Shown here piece by piece: positions 17,162-32,451 of a DNA stretch of 64,000 bases. The notes beneath the pieces were generated by a model. That model worked only from the letters and a program-made list of their open reading frames with translations, was not told the DNA's origin and searched no databases. The stretch lies in the NCBI RefSeq assembly GCF_009914755.1, contig NC_060925.1; one strand, given 5' to 3'. Both the position numbers and the translations under genes were made by a program. The stretch comes from the human T2T-CHM13v2.0 reference genome, Homo sapiens. Every line of letters begins with the position of its first letter. The stretch's first letter is position 1.

Positions 17162-18245
17162 ACCCCCCCCTTTTTTTTTTATTCCAGATCTGGCAGACTT
17201 AAGAGAGTAGGCAATATTCATCCTCCAGACCTCAGGGGGAGTGGGGGATTTGGGGGCTTAGGGAGGTAGAGAATATCATGAGGGCAGGGCCTGGGCCCTC
17301 TGGAAGCTGTCTGTTTCCTTCCTTGGCCTCCTGGCGCTTTGATCTCACTCTCTCACTAATCACTTCTCTCCTCTGTTTCTACCCATAAAGCCCAAAGGAT
17401 TAGAGGCAACCAACTTAAAATAATACTGTGTCCTATATTTGGGCAGCTCCTTTCTTCCGAGGAAACTGAGTGCCCATCCAAATCTTGCTTCATTAACCTC
17501 AGAGCCCTTCTGTGAGGGGGGCTGCCAGGCTAACAATAATTCTCTATTTAGTGAAACAGGAGCAAGGCTGAGGGAAGGGCTGGGGGACATCTGCAGTGGT
17601 CAGAGGACAAGACCTGTCATAAGCAAGACTTCCATGAGTCTAGTGGACAAGTAACATTTCACATTGTGCAAGGAATTGTCCCAGAGAGCCGTACTACCTG
17701 TAAGCACAACAATGGGGCCTTCTAGAAAGCCCCTAGGAAATACATTCAAAGAGACTTTTTTTTTTGAAAAAAAATATTAAAATGAGCAGAATGAAAAGGA
17801 GCTATCAATTAGGACTTTCAGGCAGAATCTTTACAGGGGACCTTAACTGTGAACTTCTTGATATAATCATCTTCTGTCACTAATATCCACTGGCTTTTTT
17901 CCAGGAAAATCACAAACACTCTCTTTCTTTCACTATATTCTTTTTCATCAGAGAATAAGATCTTGCTTCTCATTCCAGAAAACTCATTGTCATCAGCTCT
18001 CTGAAGATAAAGAGTGATCCAGCATTAGCGGGAGGCAAGATGGGCCAGGATTCAGAATCCCCAACTTTCCGACTTGCTGCCTACTTTCCTTGCTTTTGTC
18101 TCACTAATTTTTCTTTTTTTTTGACACTTAGCCATTATCCCAGCCTAAGAGTGGATTATTCAAATAATATGTGCTAATGCTCCCTCAATTAGAGAAAATA
18201 AGAAAGCTGCCACTCTGGTTCTATCTGAAATTATTCATATTTTAA

Positions 18246-18643
<398 letters not shown>

Positions 18644-19273
18644 TAGATCACGTCCTTGTCAGGTTCCATCCTCCCCATTCTACACAGGATGTCGCTGAGT
18701 GTCTGCACCGACTAGAAGGACGACTGACAGCCATGCTTACTCCCTTTCTTTGTCCCTTGAAAGCCCCTTTGGTGAGATGCCCACTTCGAGCCACATATTT
18801 TTGTCAGTGGACTGCTGTCAGTGCAGAATGCTGTCAGGATGAGGAAAGGCGGCCTGTGCTCCCATAAATGAAAGCCACTCTTCTTACTACAGGTATGGAA
18901 TTATTTAGAAGCCACGCCTAGGACTCTTACAGAAAGAAACCTCACTCCTCTTCTGTTCACCTGGGGCCAGTCACTAATACAAGGTGATATGAAACTGACA
19001 GTTCAGTGTGGAAAAGTGGCCACATTCCTTCACAAACACAGTGTGTCACTTCCTTTTTCTACTTACATACAGCTTTAAAAACACGACCTTCTATTGGAGA
19101 GTATGTTCTACTTAACTTTTTTCAGTTATATTGACAAATCCTCTTAAATGACTTGCCATTATTATTTTCCATTTTACAGGAAACTGAGGCTCAGAAAGGA
19201 ATATAAACATCATCATGTCAAAATGTAAATAATGCCTGAGTCAGGATTGAACTCCTCTGGCACATTTTACATC

Positions 19274-19579
<306 letters not shown>

Positions 19580-19917
19580 ACATTTTACATCTGATGATAA
19601 ACTCTTATCCCTGCAAGCAGTGAAGTAATTTCTAGTAACTTCACAAATAGTTTAAAGATTATAGGATATAATGTTACATTTATTATGTGAGATGACAGAA
19701 ATTGATAGTTAATGAAGGAAAATAGCTTATGGAAGCCTGTGATTTGAACAGTAGAAAAATGGGATAAGTTAATCAGAACAGAACAGAACTCAGCAAACAG
19801 GAAATAAATGTTTGACCAAGGCCAGGGTCTACAATAAAATACAGAAATTGGGGCAGGCTGCAGAAGTAATGGTGAGAAACCAATGGAAGATGACACAAGA
19901 GGGACGTAGGTCACTGA

Positions 19918-20270
<353 letters not shown>

Positions 20271-20909
20271 AGAAATTCACGTGCAATGGTGGGGTGGTGG
20301 GAATTACTTATGAGGCCTCTTTAGTACGATACAAGAGTTTTTTATTTTTGTTACCTAAGAGAATCCAAGAGAAAGGCAGTAGAAGGAAGAGGTAAGTAAT
20401 AGAAATAAAGATGAACAGAACTGATTAAGAGGTGAAAAAATTTTAAAAATTTAAAATTTAGAAAGACTTACAATTAAAAAAATTATTAACTAAAAGGGGA
20501 AAGGTGTTGCTGAAGTCAGTCTCCAGAAGAAACCCCGTGGCTGCTGTATTCAACTGCCGGTGTGAGTGTGAACACCACGTGGAAGAGGTTGTATCATCAC
20601 TGAGTTTATTTACCAAGAGTTGTTCCAAATTTCTTTCTATTTCTGCTTACAAACGTAGGTTTCATTACAGTGATCAGGCTAGATATGGTCATGGAGAACT
20701 CCCAAGTATCCAGAGGATTTTATTTCTCTCCCATTAATTAAACATTAGATACGAGCCCCATATATTTGCCTGAATTATAAGTAGGATTTCTCATTGCCCA
20801 TGTATGAAGTTGCTCAACAGATGAAATCTTGACTTCAGACAAACTAAGCGTATTGGAAATACTCCAAGAGACCCTGCTCTTGGGTACCAGTTCCTTAAAT
20901 TTATCTCAA

Positions 20910-21055
20910 GAGGAAAAAGAAAAGAAAACAGAAGAAAAAAGGAAAGCAGGAAGGCAGAGAGGCGGGAAGGCAGGCAGGGAGGGAGGCAGGAAGGCAGGAA
21001 GGAAGGTAAGAAGGGAGGGAGACAGGGAGGGAGAGACGGAGGGAGGGAGGGAGAG
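20910..21055 (+). repeat. GA-rich simple repeat (GGAA/GGCA/GGGA)
   Basis: Directly visible near-homopurine tract. Confidence 0.85.
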
Positions 21056-21392
21056 ACCAGTGAACTTGGTTGCTAATCTTTAATTCATAGCATTTTAAGA
21101 TCTAGGGAAATCTTACAATGAGATTGTTAACAGAGAAGAAGGTAATAAAATTTCAAGTCACACTAATGGCTAATTCATTTTAATTAGTGATTTTTAGCAA
21201 ATAACATGGCATACTTACATTCCATGGGCAGTTTTCCCCAAATGGTAGCAAGAGTTTAACATACATGTATAATTCAATTTCATATCCTCCCATAATTTTT
21301 TTTATAAAGAATAAGTTTTAAACTCTTAAAACATTTGATAAGAACAGCCCCCTTTAAAATGTTAAAATGAAGAAAATAGCTAATTCACTTGC

Positions 21393-21570
21393 CTTGCTAA
21401 ATAAAATGGACACCATGAAGAAATCCAGTAAGAAGCTCTCTGAAATATCTTTGTAGTCAAAGTGGAAAAAGATGACAGTGAAGCTCAAGTTAATAAACTG
21501 GTAAACCGGGTTGCAGAATGATGTCCGCAACAGCTTCATGCCAGCAATGATCATCAGAAAAATGTCCCAG
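21393..21570 (-). CDS. PCNX2: PCNX2 internal coding exon (178 nt, phase 2-0): WDIFLMIIAGMKLLRTSFCNPVYQFINLSFTVIFFHFDYKDISESFLLDFFMVSILFSK, ending at a GC donor
   Basis: Acceptor ttttcttttgtttccaacag|CTGG, donor AAG|gcaagt. Overlaps ORF-track entry 21354..21614. Confidence 0.93.
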
Positions 21571-21704
21571 CTGTTGGAAACAAAAGAAAAGATGCAATCA
21601 ATGACAGTGTGCACACTGCTGGATGAGTTTCATTCGCTAACAATTCTCCAGGATTGATGGTTCATTAAGAACTTTACAGGCACAAAAAGCCAATCTAAGG
21701 GGCC

Positions 21705-21835
21705 CCATTATTGTCTGCATTTTACAGGGGTATAAACTGAATATCAAGGAATTTGAGGAACTTGTCTAAGGTCTCAAAGGGGCAGAACAAAAATGGAAAT
21801 TCAGTCCTGAGTGACTCTCAAGCACAGTGTCTTTG
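21705..21835 (-). mobile_element. MIR fragment
   Basis: cattttacaggggtataaactga...aacttgtctaaggtc. Confidence 0.6.
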
Positions 21836-23453
21836 CCATTACAACAGACATTTTCTTTCCATCACATGCTTTTCAAAGTCCCTCATGTTCTCCAGCAAGG
21901 GCACAGAGCTCCTTCTGAGCTTGTCTGAATTCACTACTGCAGTGATGATGGACATTTCCCAGAAATCCTAATGCCAAATGAGAAAACAGGCAACATGCTG
22001 CCCCTGCTAGAGTGAGCTCAGTGTATGCCTCTTCATGAGAAAAGAATCCAATTCGAACAGTGACATAACAGGTAGGAAATTCTGAATAGAGAAAATAATC
22101 CAGTATCTTCATAAAGCCTTTTCTATTTCTGCATATTAACTTCCAATGTTTCTCAGCATATTTGTCATCCTAGTGAACATAAGGTTTCTGCTCTCCCTTT
22201 TTTGTTGTTTAAAATTATATCATCAATGTGTTTTTCCCCCATAGAATGGGCCTTTTCAGTTAAGGAGCTCAGCAAATCAGGCAAAGAAATACCCTTCTAG
22301 GATTTTGCTTTGAGGACTGAAGTCCTGAGTGCTCTTACCTAAGGAGTCAGATTATTATTATTTACCCATGTAGGGAGTATGTGTCATGTGTACAATTCTC
22401 CAGATGATAAAGTCAACAATGAACAATCCATCTTGAGATTGGAGGGCAAATGATCACATGCCAGTGTAGCCCAAGAGAGCAGGCAAGTGCCTTCTTGAAG
22501 GGCCTGGCTTTCTGAAGACAGACACTGCACATTTTCACCAGACTCCCTCCAATTCTAACATGCTATGATATTTGGCAACTGCAAGACAGAGGTGGGAAAA
22601 TTTCTAGAAAATGGTTGCACTTCTAAGAGAGGCTTTCTTTCCCTGGCTCAGTATAGAAAACTGGGGCCATGCCTCAATTGCCCTAAACCTAGAAGAATCT
22701 TGGACTCAGGAACCTTATCAGCATTATGAATATCTTATCCCAGAATGAGGTTATTTAAGAAGTACAAAATTGTCATTTTTGTCATAAAAAATACAATGTT
22801 GGAAATTCCGTATGCCTCAATCTGCTGTTTTTTGTGCCTTCAGACCTAGGACTGCAGTTGTTTCCACCTTGCCCCAGGATGTGTGAGGTGTGGTTTGCCC
22901 AAGGCCTTGTACAGCAGGCTTGGATTTGCTTCTGAGAAAAACTAGCACTTGATTCCATGCATACATCACATGGGAAAGTCTGTCTTTAGCCTCAACCTAG
23001 AGCCCTCTGTGTTCCTGCAGCAAGGCTGAACATTGCTCCATAACTGGCCTTCCTTTTCCAGTGCGCAACTAATGCCCAGGATGAAAATACAGTATGAAAA
23101 GATGACGTCAGGTCCAGTTGCCTTTAACAACAGCCCAAGGTACAAAAACCTAAAAACCCCTGTGGAAAGCCAAAGCCCTGTGGAGAAACCCCAATGATAA
23201 GGTATCTGAAGACTTAGGGATATTTTGGTTTTCAGGGGAGACTGCTGATTTTCTGGGTTATTCAGGCAAAATCCAGTTGAGAAGCAAATCTAACTTTCTG
23301 TTTCTGTGACCAAGGTTCCATGAACTGCATCCATTTTATGTTTAGTAGGGATGACTGGTTCAAACTGTGGGAGATCTTAAGGACTCATGTGCATGGCCTT
23401 TATAACATTGCAATAGTAACAGCTACCATTAATGACCCATAGATCATTGTATA

Positions 23454-24065
23454 CAGCAGGTCCTCAAATAACGTTGCTTCATTCAATGTTGTTTCAGTAT
23501 AACATTGATGGGAAAACAAAATGGATTCCTGGCCAGGACCCCACTGTCGGTGTGGAGTTTGTACATTGTCCTCATATCTGTGTGGGTTTTCCTCTGAGTT
23601 CTCCGGTTTCCTCACATATCCCAAAGGTGTGCACAGTAGGTGCACTGATGTGCTGACATGGTCCAGTGTGAGTGAGTGTGAGTGTGGGTGTGAGTGTGTT
23701 CTGCGATGGGAGGCATCCTGTCCAGCATGGGTTCCCACTGGGCACCCTGAGCTGCCAGGACAGGCTCCAGCCACTGGATGCACTGAATTGGAATATATGG
23801 GTAAATAATTATCTTAATTGTTTGTATTAATCTTTCCTAAATGTATGTATCATTCACATTTATTTCAATGTTTAACATTAAAGGTGTTTTGGTCTTTATT
23901 TAGAAGTTCGGTGATGTTTTTGTGACCAGAAATACGCTATGGAACATAATTCTTGTTTCTATCAATTAGCCCACAGTAAACTTTGTTTTATTTAGTTTTG
24001 TATTGGTTTTTATTAAAGTCACAGTTTTCAAGAACTTATCCAGGATGTTACGTGAAGATAGACTG
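23454..24065 (+). mobile_element. MER6/MER6A (Tigger-type DNA transposon)
   Basis: Starts ta|cagcaggtcctcaaataacgtt and contains tgtggagtttgtacattgtcctcatatctgtgtgggttttc...ccggtttcctc. Confidence 0.75.
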
Positions 24066-26092
24066 CACTTAGCTGAAGGTTTTATAAAGGCTGAGGTAGC
24101 AATTGGTGAACAATGCCCTGGAACAGATGGAGAGCATCCTCTTAGATCAGGCTAAGAAACAGAAGCACCTAACAAGATACCCCAGTTCACCGACTCATTA
24201 ATTTACCAGACCCCTACTTGGTTGTTCTTGCATTCATCCTTCTAACGCTTACTAGTGGTTTGCTATTGAAAAGTTGAATAAGAAACAGTGCCTGCTGTTG
24301 AAAAGTTCACTCTGTGACTATTTAGTACAATGGCTCTCAAAAATCACAGGGAGGGGCTGGGCTTCTCTGGTTTAGAAAAGGTCTCAAAGTGATACCAATA
24401 TAGAGTTTCCTGCTATCCTGTTTGAGAACAGTTGGTCTAGTAGGGTGCCTGAAACCTCGAAAAATGTTTTGTTTTTAATTCTACAGATGCATCAGGAATA
24501 GAAAGGAATTTCCACCTTTGGGTTCTGAGTGAAACAATTGCTGATGTGATCATCTGGGAGTTGAGGATATTCACAGCTATATAGATAACGTGCACCTTTC
24601 TGACTTTAGTGTCTGGAAAAAAATTACAGGGGATGGAGAATAATATTACTTCTAAATGGACCCTCTCTGAATTATTTATTTGACTCTGCTAGAGTCTTAG
24701 CCCTTGCATCTGCCTTCTCTAACAACTTGGCCTCAACCCCACAGGCTTAGCTCAAGGTCCTTGTCCTGAAGTTGAATAGGGAAAACTTTAAATCCTTTAG
24801 CTCAATTTCCCAGAGTGGCACTGGTACCTTCTTTGCTACTCTGGCTTTGAATATGTGTTCCCATTCGAGAAACTGAGGCTCTGCCTTGTTCTCAGGGGGA
24901 GTTGCAGGGTCAACCAGGACTGTACCATACTGGGAATCCCTGCCCTAGAGAAGCTCACAAAGTTCTAAATTCTGGTCATCTCCTAGATTGGGTCCCACTT
25001 AAACTGTATAAGGGGTCTGAAGTCCAATCATCTGCTTTTCTAAATCCAGTGAAACTAATTCTCATCTCTGGATTTGAAGTCTAGAATTTTAAGTATCAAA
25101 GAACATAGAATTCTTGCCCTGGTCTGACAGAAACAGGTCTGGACTAGAAGGAAGGCAGAGTTCAATAAGGACAGGTTATGGGATCATTTCATTTAGTGTC
25201 TGCTTTGTGTGACTATGAATCTACTCAAAGTCCAACAGAGTATTAAAATGCCTTTTATCTTAGCCTGCTCAATCTTTGGAGAATATTAATTAATTTGTCC
25301 TCATGACACCCTGAAAGGAAGAGCAGGTTTGAATTAGCATGTTTGGGATTATGCATCAGGGTTGACTTGGATACATAGTGTTTAAGCAACGTGACTAATG
25401 AGCAAATCTGGGAAAGAATCTCTTTTATATCCTCCTACTCTAACAACTTCTTTGACCAGCAACTTTTGCCTTTCATCAGAATGACAAATCTACAGATTAT
25501 CAAGGAGATTTCCATGTTGTAAATTCAGAATTAATTTTAATATATGAAACCAATAACTCGACTGTACATTGTTAATGCTTTGAAAGACATGGGCATCTTG
25601 ACAGAATGAAGTCTCTGTGCCAGTTTTTAAATTACGAGGCTTCTCTTGATAAATTCAGAGACAGCAGTGACAGTGATTAATTTCCCCCTCCCACAAGCAC
25701 AAAATGATAGAGTATTTGCTAAATGAAATGACATGAAGCAGTTCATAAAGCTCTAAGCATGATGTTAAGAACTCCAGGAATCCTGGACTCACACTGTGCT
25801 TCCGTCTTCTTATTAAGGCTCACTGACTAAGCTTCTGCAGGATGATTTTCAAATCTACTGACATTTATTCACAATATCATTTCAAGCAGATCTAACTTCA
25901 TTTGCACCCCAGTCATTCTACAATAACTGTCTAGCTCCAGTGGGTTTTGAGTAAAAGACCACCATGGCTTATTTTTACATGGCCAATCACAGTCGGTAAA
26001 GGTTGGCTTCTTCTGCAGATTGTTTACAGAAAATTCACTCGATTTTGAAAATGTGACCCAAATCATTATGAAGATAAACCATTAACCACTTA

Positions 26093-26257
<165 letters not shown>

Positions 26258-26784
26258 TTAGAACAACCACCGATCAAAGTATTTTTCTTTAAGTACAGGT
26301 AATAATAAGTAATATTCCCCCCCTTTAATTCAAAAGCTGCTAATTAAGAACTCGTGATACTAGACATGATATACCATTTTTTTCCAGGCAGCAACTGTTA
26401 GCTTTGCTTCTACACAGTTCATAAATAATAATATACATACAGTAATATAGGCCAGCATCCCAATTGTTCAAGTCCGACCAATGAATGGGCTGTCACATAG
26501 CATCAAGTCATCTTAGCGTAGTAAGGGTGGAAGGTGAAGGATGAAGAGTTGGAAAAAATCCCTTATGTCTGTCTCCTTTTAAGCTAGGGTTCACTTCTGT
26601 GGCTGAAGCTAGTTTCTGGGCTTTCTTCTCTCCCTTTTTAATCTTTAAACCACAAACAAATCCCTGGGCAATATATGCAAATAAGACACAGCTGACTCCC
26701 AAACCCCAGCCACTATGAATCTATTACCTTCTTCTGAGTGCTTACAACAAAGGAAGTACCACAAAGATTGAAGTCTATTTCCAT

Positions 26785-26895
26785 TAAGGGCTAAGGTTTT
26801 AAGTTAGACCAACCTGGGTTTGCATTCAGTCTCTACCAACCACTAGTGAATGACCTTGAATTATTAGCTTCATCTTTTCGAGCCTTAGTTTTTTG
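26785..26895 (+). mobile_element. MIR fragment
   Basis: agttagaccaacctgggtttgcattcagtctctacc...tgaccttg...gagccttagttt. Confidence 0.6.
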
Positions 26896-27736
26896 TGTCC
26901 TGCCCATCCTCTGAGTCTGCTGATGGGGAAGAGGTTCTTTCCACCTCCTACTCCTCATGGCAGGAGATGGGGTAATGAGGAATGCATGCTTGCCCATCTG
27001 GGGAGCCCGTGCTTTTCTCTCTGGGGAGGAGGAGCAGCTGGCGTGAGTGGTCAGAGCACAAACTTCCTTAGGTCACATTCAGCGGTGGGGAAATGCTTCA
27101 TCCCTGCCTCTTGGAACTGGAACAAGAGCCAGGACTCTCCTCTGCTTCCCAACTTGAGGAGAGCACAGCAGCTTCAGGCCCAGGGCCCTCGGCTAGGCCC
27201 CTCTCATTCCCTGCCCCCTCCTCTCTGTCTGTCAGTAATTGGGAGGCTGCAGTGGGCCCCCACCTACCAGCAAATGAACCAGCTCTGCTGTGGGCTTCAT
27301 GCTCTCCACAGCAAGCCTCAAAGCTTAAAGCTGCAAGGTGCCAGGCAACTCCATTACACCTCTGGAATCACATTCTTCAACAATTTATAGTAAAAAAAAA
27401 AACTTTACCCTACAATGACCTAGAGTTAAAAAGAGAGTTATGTAGTTTTTACATTGGGTTGCACAAGAACAACTCACAAAAGAGAAAAAGTTCAAGCTGA
27501 CAAAACAGCCTGTTCCTTCCAGGTCTCTTATCCAAGATTAGCATACAAATTGTCTGTTTCCAATCAGCTTCACTGGGGCTCTGCATGACAGATCTCAGGA
27601 AGTATCATAAACACACACACACAAATAGAAACTATTTTACTTTCTACTTGATATGGCTCATATTTCTATATAAGAATATATCATCTTGGTAACTCAAAAA
27701 CAAAACTACTTTCATTTGATTAAAAATATGAAGAGA

Positions 27737-28121
27737 GACCGGGTGCGGTGGCTCATGCCTGTAATCCCAACACTTTGGGAGGCCAAGGTGGACAGATCAC
27801 TTGAGGTCAGGAGTTGGAGACCAGCCTGGCCAACATGGCGAAATCCGACTCTACTAAAAATACAAAAGTTAGCTGGGCATGGTGGCATGTGCCTGTAATC
27901 CCAGATATCCTGGAGGCTGAGGCAGGAGATTCACTTGAACCCGGAACCCGGGAGGCAGAAGTTGCAGTGAGCCGAGATTGTGCCGCTGCACTCCAGCCTG
28001 AGTGGCAGAGAGAGACTCCATCTCAGAAAAAAGAAAAAATATATATATATGTGTGTGTATATATATATCTGTGTGTGTGTGTAAATGTGTATATATATAT
28101 GGGTATATATGTGTGTGTATA

Positions 28122-28158
<37 letters not shown>
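27737..28158 (+). mobile_element. AluS whose tail has expanded into a (TA)/(TG) microsatellite
   Basis: TSD atatgaagagaga precedes the Alu and follows the microsatellite. Confidence 0.9.
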
Positions 28159-28159
<1 letters not shown>

Positions 28160-28649
28160 AAGAGAGACTTGGCATTCAGAAATCTTACTTGAAAAGAATT
28201 CATTCGAATGGGCTAGGAATGGTGAGAATAGACAGCGTGAAAGTCCTTCAAGATATTGGAAATAAAGTATTATCAGTACAAACACTCCAACAATGAGCTT
28301 AATAAATAGAAGAGACAATGAGAAATCATCCAGATAAAAATAAAAAGAAGTTTTAGTGACAGATGAAACAGGGAGGAAGAGTGGGAGGAGAATAAAGTTC
28401 AAAGAGCAAGGATGTTGGGCAGGAATTCAATGTTGAATATTCTTAATGGACAAAGTATAATTTTTTCTGGAGTAGATTTGGAAATGTGTTATTTCATAAT
28501 GAATGTTTTATACACAATAAAGTCTAGACATATTAGACATTTTACATATAGATTAAAGGATTTTAATCTGTTGTGAAAGCATGTGGGCTGTCACATAGCA
28601 TCAAGTCATCTTACAGTAGTAGAGTAGTAAAAAAAAATCTTCAAGACCA

Positions 28650-29600
28650 CTCCTGCATTCCCTCCCAGCAACTGTCTTTGACCTCCACTTTCGGGAGAAA
28701 ATAAAGTCTATGAGGTACAAATGCCCTCCAACTACAAATTCATTTATACTCATATCTACTACTGGCTCCTCCTGAAGCCAAGCTCCATCCATGTCCTGCA
28801 TCCTGTGCTCCTGCCATCTTGGTTCAGTAGCCACTCCCTGCCTCAACACTAGCTCTTTCCCAAGGCAAGTGGCAAGATCCCAGTCTTCTCTGTGTGGAAA
28901 ACTCACCTTCCACCCTGAACCTCCTTCTAGAGCTCACTCTGGCCTTTTCTGTACTTCTCAGCTTCTTGGAAAGCTTGTCAATATCTGATGTTCCCACTTC
29001 TGTGTCTCCCACTTACTGGGGACACCTCTGCCCCTGGGTATTTGCAGCTACCCTTGCCCTGACATGCATGTGGCAGGACCTCTTGTGACCTCCTGATGGT
29101 CAAATAACTGATACTTCTCAGTCTCTCTTACTGGACTTTTCTGACGCATAAAACATCACTAAATCCTCCCTCCTTTTGAAAACTCACTCTGCCCTTAGCT
29201 TCCCCATCCCACCATCCCCGGCTTGTGCTCAAACCTTTTGCTCTACTCTTCTCCCATTTCCTCTGTCATCTCCTCTTCCCCTATCCCTGGTCATCTGCTT
29301 TCCTTCTCCCCCTATTATTTTTCTTATCTTCTTGAGCTAATGTCTTCAACACCCGTAACTTTAATTATTACTTCCATGCTGATGACACTCAAATCTATAA
29401 CTCAATATCTCATCTTTCTCCTGGACTTCAGATCTAAATAATCAATTGAATAGCTTCATCTGATGTCCCAAAGGAACTTTCAAATACAACATGTCACAAA
29501 CGTAATGCTGTCAACCTGTACACACCTTCTCTTCCTCATACATTCTTGCATTCACTTAGCCATGCAGACAATATACCCAGAGTCATCCTAAATCAGCTCT
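28650..29600 (+). mobile_element. L2 fragment(s)
   Basis: ccatgctgatgacactcaaatctata...ctctcctggacttcagat...tgtcccaaaggaactttcaaatacaacatgtc. Confidence 0.55.
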
Positions 29601-29661
29601 TCTCACTTCTCATAGCTGTACGTTGAAATCACTTCGGGGCAAAGCTGAAAAACACTGTCCT

Positions 29662-29990
29662 AAATGGTGATTCTCAAACATCAACATGCAAATAAGTCCC
29701 TTGTTAAGATGCAGAGTCTGATGCAGTAGGTCTGGAATGGAGCCAGACATTCTACATTTCTAATAAACTTCTAAGTGATGCAAATACTCCTGGACCTCAG
29801 GGAATACTTTCAGGAACAGCAGAGCCAGCAGTACCAGCATCCCCTAGGAATTTGTTACAAATGTAAATTCTCAGATTCAATCCTGGACCCAATGAGTCAG
29901 AAATTCTGCGGATTGGGCCCTGGGCAAGGCAATCTGTGTTTTGACGAGTCCTACAAGTGATTCTGATACATGCTCCAGTTTGAGAACCAT
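29662..29990. mobile_element. Adjacent MER5A/MER5B-like hAT MITEs
   Basis: gattctcaaac...gcagtaggtctggaatggagcc...catttctaataaactt, then gtgattctgatacatgctccagtttgagaacca. Confidence 0.65.
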
Positions 29991-30337
29991 TTTCTGGATG
30001 ATCTTCCTCTATACATGGAGACTAAAGGACTGAAGGACTAAACTGGGTTGATTCCATGTGCTCACTCTCTGCATGTCTATCCCTTCTTTTCTGTCTTCCA
30101 TGCTCTTAATCACTTTTGCCTAAAAAATTATAATTATCTTTTATGCAGATAAACTGTTTCCTAAACCAGCCAGATGTGTACACTGTATTCTAATCCTTCT
30201 TATCTGTCTCTACTTGAGGACTTGTTTCTTGCAATGATCCCCCATTCTCCTGCATTACTTGGATTTTTTTCTCTTTACCGAATCATTCTCATCAGAAAAA
30301 AAAATTGCTATAATATCTTCCATTAAAAATATACCCC

Positions 30338-30603
<266 letters not shown>

Positions 30604-30729
30604 CTACCCGGAAAATATTTTCATTTTTTAAAAATGTAGCTACACTCATTTTCTCAACAACCTTATCTTCCTTTTCTTTTTAAGTTTACTTCAGTCAGGT
30701 AACTTTTTAAGTTTACTCCAGTCATCAAA

Positions 30730-31850
<1,121 letters not shown>

Positions 31851-32282
31851 GTTTTATGTGCCTCTACGTGTGCTAGATGCTTTCCTGGAATGACCCTGAG
31901 TCTTTCCTGCTTGAGAAATTCCTAATCTGTTTACAGGGCTGGCATCTCGCCTTCTGGAGACCTCAGGCCCCTTTGAGCCCCCTGCTTCCAATACAGTCAC
32001 TACCGGAGGCTGCCAGGGGCAGGGCATTTGAAGCATCATTCTGGTAGGAGGAGGATTTACCACTGACAGTGTTTAGAATTCTCAGTACATGGTAACAGTA
32101 AAAAGGGGTAACTTTTAATTGGTATTTTTATTGTTTTAAAATTCTTTATAAGCCATGCACCCCCTTGCTGACTGCTCCTGGGCAGACCCCACCACTTCCT
32201 TACCTTCGGTGCTCTACTGACGTCCCATGTATGGAATAACCATTAGGTGTCTGCCAGACATTGAGCCAGGTGCTCTGTATAT

Positions 32283-32451
32283 ACTGGTGTAGCATCTCAA
32301 ATCCAAAAACCTGGAATCTGAAATGCTCCAAAATCCAAAGCTTTTTGCGCACTGACATGACACCTAAAGAAATGCTCATACGCCACAATCCAAAAGAAAC
32401 CATAATCAGAAATACGGTCCCAAGCATTTTAAATAAGAGGTTCTCAACCTG
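32283..32451. mobile_element. Tigger4 (Zombi/MER46)-like MITE
   Basis: atctgaaatgctccaaaatccaaagctttttgcgcactgacatgac...ctcaacctg|ta. Confidence 0.7.

Noticed and set aside
26893-27500. 165-aa and 135-aa plus-strand ORFs in mostly unique sequence
   Set aside because: No recognisable domain, overlapping frames and no supporting exon structure; consistent with chance in GC-richer intron.
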